The position numbers and the translations under genes are program-made. The notes under the pieces are model-generated. The model saw only the letters and a program-made list of their open reading frames with translations. It was not told where the DNA came from and searched no databases. From Amphiscolops sp. MND2022 (Eukaryota): DNA of 64,000 nucleotides. Positions 48,158 to 58,430 of the stretch are shown here, piece after piece (the first letter of the stretch is position 1; each line of letters begins with the position of its first letter). The stretch is from positions 31,744,001-31,808,000 of the forward strand of contig OZ076418.1 of NCBI GenBank assembly GCA_964187785.1. The letters run 5' to 3'.

Positions 48158-48275
48158 GCTACTTCCTTGTGGACACACTGTTTGTGGGCCTGAATCGACG
48201 GAAAAGTGTATTGAAAATCTCGACTCGAAACAAAATGGTGAAATACGATGCCCAGAATGCCACGCTGATCACAAG
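48158..48275 (+). CDS. Probable host exon encoding the C-terminal half of a RING finger (TRIM/RING E3-like)
   Basis: Pyrimidine tract plus TTGCAG acceptor; AAG|GTAATA donor; reads LLPCGHTVCGPESTEKCIENLDSKQNGEIRCPECHADHK. Confidence 0.62.
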
Positions 48276-48769
48276 GTAATATTTAAAATCAAACTTTTAT
48301 GCCAGTCAAAACTTTTATCCATGTGTTTCTGCCAATTGTCTTTACATCATAAGGTTACAAAAAAGTGAACATGGCCAATTTTTGGATTTATTAACAAAAC
48401 TAGTGACATTGCCAACAGCGTAAGTCAACAACAGTTTGAATGAATTCTGAACAATAGTTTTTTCCCGTTCAAATTGAATTTTTCACAGTAGATGTTTTTC
48501 TTTAAAATGTGTAGGAAATATTGTCGGATATAAGTCATTCGAAAACAAACGGGACTACAGAGCTGAACGGTCGTTGGGTTGAAAAGTGAGATCCAAACGA
48601 AATTGTTTACCAACATGGTTTTGAAAACTGAACAGCTTATGAAACCCCCAAACAAACGTTTCCTGACTCTACAAATACTGAAAATTTTAAAAAGTTTCAA
48701 AATGAAATTATCCAAAAAATCATTAAATTAATTCAATCTTTGCGTAAGGACATTAATTACCTATCAAAG

Positions 48770-50050
48770 AAAACGAGAATGAACCGCAGCGTTATTCACG
48801 CGAAAATTTTTTAGTGATCTCAAATTTACCCTTGGGTAAAGACATGTCTTACAGTGCAGACGTTATAGAAATCCTTGAAAAGTATTTGGGCATAGAGGTG
48901 AATGAATGAGATCTACAAGCTTGACATCCCCTGTCCAAAATCTACATCAAGCAGAACCCACCACCTGTGATTGTCAGGTTTCTACATTTCACCATTGAGG
49001 ACAGAATTTTTGGACGAAACTACGTGCTCAAAGGTTAGACAAATGCAAAAAACGTTTTTCCCGGAACTTTAACGAGAAAGAGCTGTTGAGAGCTGATTCG
49101 GATCTTTCGGACAATGCGCCAGGCTTACAATGCAAGACAAGTCCGTAAATTGCTGTGCCTCCGATCTTGATCAAAAGTGAAAATGATGTCCGAACCCAGA
49201 TTATCGCAGCTACATGTGATTTTTTTGCATCTGGAATTTTGCATCTGGAAAAGCAACAAAAGTCAGTTACAAGCCTGAAAAAAAAACAAGAAAAGAATTG
49301 AAGACACCAGTGGAAGGAACAAAATTAGATAACTCCAAACTTCATAAACGCAAAACCAGAGACGCTGTGTTGAGCTCGTTAAATACGAAATCAAAAGCAG
49401 AGATACTAAACCTCAGGAAATCCTGAAGATTGCAAACAAGGTACTTGACAAATCCATGCATGACAGGCGGTCTGGAGATTGAGTTTTTCAGATAACAAGA
49501 ACACCTTTCTAGGCTTGAAAATTCAATCACATCATCGTCTTTTTTTGACGAACTGCAGAAAGAATCAAACAATATAACCAACCACCCAAAATATGTTTTC
49601 CGTGATTAAGACTGACTAAGAAGTAAACGGAGAAAACAAAAAACGGAAAAACACCTGACCGAAAATTATGATTTAGGAAAATACAAAAAATTCCATCAAT
49701 GGGTTCCTCGCCACTACAAGGTTGACTTAGAATGTGCGATTAACTATAATCGAAAAAGATTGAGGAGAAAATACATTCAGATTTTCTGGGTTGTATATAA
49801 GCCATGAGCGCTTAGAAATAGAAATTTTCCTCAACTTCCGGAACTTGCTGAAGTTTGTATGAACTCTAAAACATGATTTGGTGACTTTACAATTGATACA
49901 ATCAGGTATAGCAAATTAAAAGATTCTAGAACCTTAATTGCTCTGTTGTTTCAAGCGCTAGAATCCTGTTCTAGAATCCACTAGAGTCACATGAACATCG
50001 TCAACATGCTTTTAACCTTAGGTGGACCAGGAAAATTCCGGATTCATCCA
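48770..50050 (+). pseudogene. Remnant of a non-LTR retrotransposon (ORF1 RRM-like region and endonuclease scraps)
   Basis: QRYSRENFLVISNLP...YLGIEV...PPPVIVRF...VLKG resembles LINE ORF1; GDFTID at 49880 resembles the APE GDFN motif; many stops; boundaries approximate. Confidence 0.45.
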
Positions 50051-50756
50051 AAAATCTGGTTCTTAAACTTTAAACCGCAATATTTCTTACAAACGATTTA
50101 TAGCGCGTTCAAAAGAGGACAATCAGGGCTTTCAATTTGATTTTTGAACTGCTGGGCTGGGGGCCCGCTAGCGAGGGCCCCTTGCGCGCAAACACACTGG
50201 CTCCCGACATTGCGCCAAAACATTGCACGCCTCGTTTCTCTGGATGCCTTTCAGAATGTTTCAAAAGATGCTAGGGTTACTTTGACCCAGATTCGATACC
50301 AGGGGAAAAAGTGCCAAAAACGAAAACTGGAAATACGGAAAATCTGCGCCTAATAAAAAATTTTGGTCCCAATTTCTCGATTTCGGGTACAGAATGTCAA
50401 TATTCCGAGAAAAGACATGCAATGCTATGTAAAATCGTCTGAAAATCTTTTTCAAGAGTTTTCTTTACCATACAGTCAGCTAGTTCGTTTAGAAGTTCGT
50501 AGAAACTGACTGGTACGAATTCGTACCAATGGTCCAATTAGGGTTAACGAGCTTTCCAGTGAAACACACAAAATATTAGAAATTTTTTAGTGATCATTAC
50601 ACAGTTGTCGACGAAATACGTATGGAATTAGTTCCGAGTAAAAAATGCAAGAGCTGTTCCAAACCGGGAACTTTAAAAACATTAAAGGTAAAGCCGTGCT
50701 TCAACCCAATCAAAAGTTGATGGAATCAGAAGGAACATTAACTCTTGATAACTTTT

Positions 50757-51099
50757 TGTTAGAACACTCGCTTCTACCGAAGTCAACTTCTTCCACTTCG
50801 TCAGCGGAGTTTCCGCTGTTTACAACTCTATCGGTCAAACAACCACGTTCTGAACTCACGTTGGATAAGTTGTCCACTTTGGATGATAAGCTCTCAATCA
50901 ATTTCAGAATCTCTCGTTGGTTCAATTCCGTGTCTCTAAGACGTTTTGAAATTTTATTTTCAATTTTATTGGAAATGTCCTCAAAGTCTCTATCAGACAG
51001 TAGGGCGTTTTCATCATTAGTCGAGCTCGCTACCTCTTCGTCTAACTGGCTAGTCGACTGGTCACTCCTGATTTTTCGTTTCTGAGATCTTTCCGGCAT
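50757..51099 (-). CDS. ORF starting inside the LTR, open to the LTR end (114 codons); probable Gag N-terminus
   Basis: ATG at 51099, MPERSQKRK...coiled-coil...ECSN; runs off the LTR into host DNA (track ORF 50710-51099). Confidence 0.6.
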
Positions 51100-51335
51100 G
51101 ATTTGGAAAAGTACTGATTAATAACACTTAATTAAGTCGGATGACAAAAACATTAATTGAGGTTAGTCAATCAGCTAGTTGATTAATAAGTAAATCAAAT
51201 ATGGTTAATACCGAATTCGTGAAAAGGTTCACAAGGAAATCCGAGAATAAAATTGAACACAATTTCAAAGAGCGAATAAAAAACGTTTTCAAAATCGGAA
51301 ACTGAATATCTGTCCTTTCCTAATCCCACTTCAGG

Positions 51336-51375
51336 TATATATACTTTACGCTAGACACGCGGGGAAAACCCCGCG
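51336..51375 (-). promoter_or_regulatory. Candidate LTR core promoter: TATATATA plus adjacent palindrome CGCGGGG-AAAA-CCCCGCG
   Basis: TATATATA 51336-51343; palindrome 51358-51375 contains GGGGTTTTCC on the minus strand; present in both LTRs. Confidence 0.4.
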
Positions 51376-52698
51376 CGTGAATTCACACCTCGTTCAGCTC
51401 GGCGTGCCTTCCAAGACGAGAAAATCCAAATAAGGTAGGCTTCCTCGGGATTCGGCATTCGGCTTCATCCCACTTTCAAGAGAAAGCGGGAATCACTTCC
51501 TGCCGCTTCCCAGTTCCGCGTCCCTTTCTTCTTCATTTCCCGCCTCTTCAAGACGCCGAGCTGAAGTTGGCACTGAAAATTCATGAACCTAGCTACTGAA
51601 GCGGGAAAAGGAACTGATTTTACATCGAAGAAATTGAAACTCTAAATAAAACAAATTGCACTAAATTGGGAAAATGGGATTTCAGGCAAAATTAATCTCA
51701 TCAACCGAACACAAAATGGTCAATTTTATGGAGTAACCCACTGATTAAAATTCTGGTCGTATGCCAGGACGATCTATTAATATGGATTTCCGGGACACAC
51801 GACCGGATTTTGAACATCATAATTTAGCGTGGGGGGGGTTTAACACAACTTTAATGGCTTCAGTAAATATTATATGCCATTCAATCAATAATTGATCAGA
51901 ACAAATTGATAATTAACACTTATTACAACGTAATTAATCTTTTACTCATTCTCAACTAAACGGTTGTCCCGGCGGTCGTCCCGGGGTGGTGTATTAACAA
52001 CACAGTAATATTTAAACAAAACCACTGCACAACGAATGAAGTATTGCTTTGGTGGGAGAATCAGGGCAAATTAACTATATCAATTAAGTTACACTTATGA
52101 TTAATGCACATTAATATTGGTTATATTAGGTAGGTTGTCCCGGTGGTTGTCCCATTTTTGGAAAGTAGGGTTTGGACGGCCAGGCGGTTGACCTGAACAA
52201 TAAATCAAATACTTTCATCGTTTAGATACTTCAATATTTCCATCGGTTGTTTATTGGTGGTTAGAGCTTCTTTTAAGTTCTGTGTTCACATTAAAATGGT
52301 ACAGCATTTATGTAGTAATATTATTGCTTCGGTTATTTGAAGCGTGCGGCCAGGCGTGCGTCCCAGCACTTGATCGACTGGTGAGCCGCCTGGTTTTGCT
52401 GTTCAGCTAGCGCGGTGTATTTGCGCTAATCGCTGATTGGTCCGATGAAATTGGAATGATATTATTCTGCTTTAGCTCCGTCGATATTGTAGCGGTAAAT
52501 TGATCAGCGTGCTGGCCGAGTTAATTTCGGTCGGTATGCTGGTCGCTTTACTGTAAACAAATTGCACTGATAGCACTTTAATATTATTTAAGTATTTACA
52601 TATTTATGTATTTTAGGTACTGCGCTGAGTTAACAATGTTTGTTGGATGGTTTAAGAGGATTGTTTGTTAATTGTTTCTTTCAGGTTCAGTGATGTTC

Positions 52699-53331
52699 TT
52701 ATTCGGTCCTTTTCTGGGTGATTTCTCCATTCCCTTCCTTTGGCGTTCTCCTTGTATTCAGTATTTCGCTGCTCTCTGAGGGCTGCGACAGTCCCCCGCT
52801 TTGTTGAGGGACGTCCACTATGGGAGGTAATGGAGAAATTGGCCTGAAAGGTGACGATATTGGCGGATGAAATACAGATTGTATCATTGAATCGTAGGAT
52901 AGCCAGGATGAGTCAGTTGTCCAGTCACTGCCCGAGAAATAACCAATTCAGCTGGTATCAGATATTGGGCTCATTGTCCCGTCATTGGGACTGTATAACC
53001 AGCTATTCATGTTGTCGTAATTTCTCGGTGGGCTCATGAATATGTCATCTGGTATAATCGGGTTGACGTTGGTAAATCTTCTGATCGGGAGTGTATCCTC
53101 TTTTGCTGTTGTTAATATTGAAGCTGGGGCTGTTTCGTGGTAAAGTACGATGTGTTCTCCTCCAGTGTTTATAATTTCGTAGACATCCTGAATAATAGGT
53201 GATTGTTCCGCCGGGTGGGGGTTATGTAGTAACTTAGGTGTTGATTGCGCCGCAGGGTTATTCAAATAAGCAGCTTGGTCGCGTTCCAAAATAAAACTAT
53301 CGTTTGATAAATTGAAATCGAAAGATGCCAT
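52699..53331 (-). pseudogene. Small sense-strand ORF of element 3 (~210 codons, one internal TGA) reading through the PPT into the 3' LTR
   Basis: ORFs 52948-53331 and 52699-52887 are in the same frame; Pro/Ser-rich; no recognised domain. Confidence 0.5.
52791..52802 (-). other. Polypurine tract, element 3
   Basis: AAAGCGGGGGAC directly before TGTCGCAG on the minus strand. Confidence 0.7.
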
Positions 53332-53602
53332 TGTAGTACTGATGAAAGTAATCGGCTATTGTAATAAGGAGGCTGATTGCGAATGAATGCTTAGCGACCG
53401 TCTCAGGAATAGCTGAGTAATTGAATGATAATTATGTTCTTTGTAGTTGTTCACGCCGCTTGCGTAGTTGGGAAAGTTTTCAGCTGGCAGACTGATTGAC
53501 TTCCATTACGTCATATTAATAGATTGTGATAATAATATTAGCGTTGGTTTTACGCCACGTCTTCGACTTTTGGTATCAGGTTTGAGTTTATTTCAGATTT
53601 GA

Positions 53603-56600
53603 GTGTTTATTATGTCGCTTTCGACTGATGAAGATGACCAGCGGATTTTGCGGTCTGGAAAAATTGGAGTTGTGGAGAGCGAGGGAGAAGGTATTTTGCT
53701 ACAGGAGGCAGGTCAAGAGAGTCATGAGGGAGAGAGTGAAATGGCGGGCGTTCTGCTGCTAGAGGCAGGTCAAGAAAGTCATGAGGAAGAAAGTGCTGCT
53801 GAGTCCCGATTGGTTATTGTTGAGTCAAGTGGTGAAGAAGTTATGGAGTCGTTGACTGGGTTGGAGTCCCAGTATGCTAAACGTGGTAGTGGATTCGGCG
53901 AGATTGATAATGATGACAGTTCTGATGACACGGGTTCTGAGAGTGCAAGTAACAATGGCAGTTCGGATAGTGACGATGCTGGTTCAATGCATTCGACAGG
54001 AAGTGATGCACGCCACAATTTGTACTATTTATGTGATTTAGAGGTAAGTTGCTTAGCGAAATGTTAGTGGCCAGCTAATTTTTCATGCTAGTATGCAGAC
54101 GCGTCATTTCATCCACCTTTCTTGCTGTTTTAGGATTGTCCGATGATTCTCGTGATGGTGATTATGTCCCTGGGTCTCACTCTGCCGTGGCATCTGTTAG
54201 TGGTGCTAGTCCATCTAAGCAAGGCCGTTGGTCTCAATCTGGAGGGTGTGCTGGGATGACCACTAGATCAGCGGCGTCGCCTATTGCAGGTTTTGAAGGT
54301 GGGTATTTCTTTCTTCCTCTATCATTATATAAATACCTTGACTGTGCTCGTTCGAATCATTGTTTCTGCTTATTGATGGGTACGAGTTGATTTCAGTTGG
54401 TTCTTCACAAGTCCATGGAGAATCTTCTATGGGATTGGATTCGTCTTCTTCCGATGCAATGGTTGTTCCCACTGTGGCCGACGAGCCTGTGTCGAGTGGT
54501 GGTGGTGATGCGGGTTTCCGACCAAAGCGTGAGCGTACACAGCATTCACGACCAGTAGAGGGGTTGGAGCGGTCAGTCATCCACAGTGAGTGGGCAAAAG
54601 GTTATTATCGTCTTCAATTAAGCGTATCGTGTGTCTTTTGGTTGGTGCCTTGTTGTTGGGGGGGGGGGGGCGTCGTGTTTGTGCGTTGATTTCTCTTATG
54701 AATTCGTTGTCTTTTAGCTGGACTAAAGGATGTGCCGGAGGGAGCGGTGTGCTTATCTGCTTCGCAGGTGTTGGCTTTCGGCCAGGCAGCTGTTCGTTTG
54801 GAGCGGACTCATAGTCGAGCAGAAGGACGTTCTCTTTCTCGTCGTAAGTTGTATATGTCTGTTGTTTGTTTGTTCGCAGTTGTGTCGTGATCCCACTTAT
54901 AGATGTTTAGGGGTACCATATGTCTTCAGGGTTGTCTGGGGGTGGGTTTGTGTCGAAGTAGTGTTATCGGGATGTAATTGTTCCTTTGTGTTTTAGAGTT
55001 GGACAAAATCATGCAGCTTCTCAAACAGAAAGGGATTCAGTTGGATCGGGCTCGGGGTCATTTGGACGCTGAGGAGGTGACTAAGAGCGAACTGTTTGCC
55101 AAATACGAGAGAAGGAAGAAACGGCAGACCGAGCGTCATGTTCTTCGAAGAAGCATGGCAATTCACCCCATTCCTCGTCTGTTTGTTAGCCAGAGGGCGG
55201 ACAAGAATCCAAACGGGTTCAACTGTGCCATATGTCGGAAGGACATTTCATTCTTGTGGCTGGGGGAACTCGAGATCTGGCGGCACTTTGGCTGTAAGAC
55301 TCATTTTGCCAAAGATCAGCGTTATCGTCTCGATCATGAGGATACCGTGTATACCGCCGCGTTTGATGAGATTGCTGTTACCACTATTCTTCCTGAGCTG
55401 CGTGCAGAAATTGAAAAGACGCCGCCAGTAGTCCTTGGTGAGAAAAATGCCTTCGCGGAGGATGAAGTGGATGCTCTCGTTGGAGTAGTCTCGAACGTTC
55501 CCTCTTCGACGCTTGTGGGTGGTCTGTTTGAGTTGTTGCGGAGCGGGGGTCTCACAGCTTCCTTAGAAGACTCTGGAGCCAGTTCAGGACAACGATTCCA
55601 GTTGAGACTAGCTATGCCCAGGCCACCTGGAGTAAGACTGAGTCGTTTGTGGTATTGAGTCAGACTCTGTATCCGCGTATTCTGCGTCGAGTTCAATCTG
55701 GCTGCAACAACTCCGAATTCAGTTTGACATTTCGCGAGGATGACACTGGGTTGCGGTGTTTCGTCTGTTTCTTTGCTGATGATATTATCCGTGAAGTATG
55801 TGTTCTCTGGGAGGAGTCTTCCGCGGGTTTGTGTGATGCTGAGATCAAGTGTTTGTCTCGAATTCTTGCCGTTCTTCCTGCTGGGCAGTCTCCTGTTGCA
55901 GTTCGTGGTTGTTCCTCCACATTATTCAATGTCTTCTCGAGCTGGTGCAAAACTGGAAGTCGTCCTGTGCCGTTGCCTGTCTTGGAGTATACGTCTGACT
56001 CGTTCAGGGATCATGTTCGGGAAGCTGGGCTGGTTGGAACAAGTTTGCTGGATCTTTTTGCCATACTGGATTATTTGTTATTGCGCTTGGTTAAAGCTGT
56101 TTGTCAACCTTGGCTGATGGGTTTATCTGAGTTTCACAGGTGCGTTCGCCAGCGTCAAGTTCCTTTTGCCTCTTTGTGCGCTGTTATTTCCGAGTTGATC
56201 CATCATTGGGACGACGTGAGGTTGTTCCTGAAGGAGACTGGGACTGTGATGCCGCCCAAAAGTAAACCTCCTCTTGACATAGCGCAGATGATACTTGCGG
56301 ATACTCTGGTTTTGCCTCTGCTGAGTGTCCTGCATGTGCTCGTATCCTGTTTCCAGGCCAGCTTTGAGAAGCAGTTTGCAACTGAAGTCACCGATTACAC
56401 GTGCCGTAATTATGCTGATTTCTGTTATTTTTATTGGGTGTTGCTTGGGAAAGTGAGAAAGTGTAGTCCGTTGCCTGAGATCGAAGCATGGAGCCAGTAT
56501 ATCGGTCTACCTTTGACGACATGGGCCAACATTGCGTATACGGAGTGCCTTCGAGGTGAGCCCCTTGTGACTGTGGCTTTATCGTCCTGCAGTGATGCTT

Positions 56601-57042
56601 TCCGGCGCACTTTCCTTCGTGAGTGTCAGGGTTTCCTTTTGGAATTCTTGAAGGTGCTCAATCAGTCTGCTTTTGCAAAGTCGGGTTGGCATCTAGTCTG
56701 AGTTGCTTCTCTCCAGATATGATGTTACTGGGCGATGAGTCATATGCTGTTGTTCTGTTCAAGGATCTGACCACCTATTTTTTGGACTGTGGGCGTCTAA
56801 CCTCGCTGGATTGCGAGGTGGCTGCTAACGAGTTTAAATTTTTGCTCGTTGAATTGCGCCGACGGAACAAACGGGTGGTTTCTTCTATCACAAACAGTTT
56901 CATTTTCTTGCGTGATTCCGGGCTACTGGATTGTCGTCTGAATTTGGATCGGGTTGTGCAGTTAGCTGCTATGGCTGTGGTTCCGCGTGAGATCTGTTAT
57001 CCGGTCGTCGACATGTCACTGAGTGGATCCAAGTTCTTATAA
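53603..57042 (+). pseudogene. Spliced antisense gene inside element 3: acidic N-terminus, C2H2/BED-like finger, hAT-transposase-like body
   Basis: Three GT-AG phase-1 introns (54299-54396, 54586-54717, 54844-54996) join open exons; CAIC-x16-H-x5-H; FSLTFREDDT-type strand; two single-base frameshifts (~55545, ~56680). Confidence 0.72.
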
Positions 57043-58430
57043 AGAAAAGATCTCTTTTCCAATTTGAAGGGGGGTTGCTACGAAGGTTGTATTTTCCTTT
57101 CCGGGGGGAACTAGGTTCTGGATTAGGTTCGGGTTCGGGTTGGATTTCCGGTTGATCGGGTTGGTTTTCTGGGTAGGCGTCTGGATCAGCATCCTGGGTA
57201 ACATTTTGTAGATTGTCTTCGCTGTCTGTTGATATGATAGTAGGTTCGCTATACGCAATGTGTTCAGGTGTCATCACGTAGTGTTCGAAACCAGACTGCC
57301 ATGCTAGTGCGTATAAATCATCGTGTAAGATTTCGACTTCGTTGTCTGGTTGGAAATCCTTTGTTTGAACCTGAATGTCTGGCAGACGGTTCTTGGTAGG
57401 GCATGGTTTCAGGCGTATCCTGTGTAGGATTTGTGTTTTGTTTGTTTGTAATTTACGAATTAGGTAATTATTGTTGGGGAGAGTTTTGACTATTACGATA
57501 GGTCCTGTCCATAAGAACTCCCGAAAAGGTAATTTCGATCCCTGGTTGTTTGCCTGGGGGTGTAGTGCATAGCAGTAGTCGTTTGCTGCTAATGGGTGAG
57601 CTGCTGTTTTTTTGTCATAGTACTGTTTGTACCGTATGTATGAGTGTAGGAGGTGTTTGCTCACTGATTCGTGTATCTTTCGGGTTTTTTGGACGACTTC
57701 TTCGCCTATGTCTGTTGTTGGATTTGGTTGTTGGTTCTGTTTAAGGCCAAATTTGAGAACGAGAACATTGTATGGTATTCTACCATGAAACACCCGACTG
57801 GGTTCGCACCCGAGTGCCGAATAATAGGTTGTGTTATAGTTTAGTGTGGCTGTTGGTGCGAACTGGTGCCACATCGTTCGTCTTTCTCCTGTTGAGATTT
57901 TCAGAGCTTCTTTAAGGGATGCGTGACAACGTTCCAGGATGCCTATCGTTTGGGCGTGTTTTGTTGTGGCGTGGCGTAGTTGAATGCCCAGTACGCGTGT
58001 TGTGTCTGCTACTACTTCTGACATGAATTGTGTTCCTTTATCGGTTATTATTGTTGTAGGCAGGTAGGCATGTCGAGTCATAATGTCTACTAGTACTCTT
58101 GCGATTGTCTTTGCGTCTATCCTGTTGACGCAGTATGTGAACAGGTAGCGTGAGAATATGTCCATGGCTGTGACTATCGCTGTGAATCCATTCGATGGTT
58201 CATCGAACGGGACGATGTCCATTTGTAGGGCGTCTTCTGGTAACAATGCTAGTTTGGAGGTATCAATCATTGGTGGGGTGAGGAGACGGTTGTCCGTCCG
58301 CTTTGTTTGCATGCATTTCATGCATTGATTGATGTGTTTGGCTATTTTTGCTGAAAGGCCTGGGTAGTAGTATTTTTCTCTACACTGCTGTATCACCTTT
58401 GTTATCCCAGGATGTTTGTCGTGCGATCCT
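57043..58430 (-). pseudogene. pol: Integrase of element 3 (N-terminally fused to truncated RT)
   Basis: HDKHPG...CMKC; QMDI, TDKG, LERCH; WTGPI; KYNLRSNP tail; boundaries approximate. Confidence 0.9.

Larger units (their letters stand above)
50757..52790 (-). repeat. Complete 3' LTR of element 3 (2034 bp)
   Basis: PPT immediately upstream on the minus strand; TG...CA ends; TSD at the outer end. Confidence 0.85.

Noticed and set aside
50645-51085. Plus-strand 146-aa ORF
   Set aside because: Antisense shadow of the LTR-encoded ORF and spans the insertion boundary
54044-54133. Intron 1 of the antisense gene using the strong GTAAGT donor at 54044
   Set aside because: Phase 0 donor does not match the phase 1 acceptor at 54133; a decayed donor at 54000 (AG|GAAGTG) is possible but unproven
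54658-54670. G13 run as a functional G-quadruplex
   Set aside because: Single homopolymer inside a predicted intron, no supporting pattern
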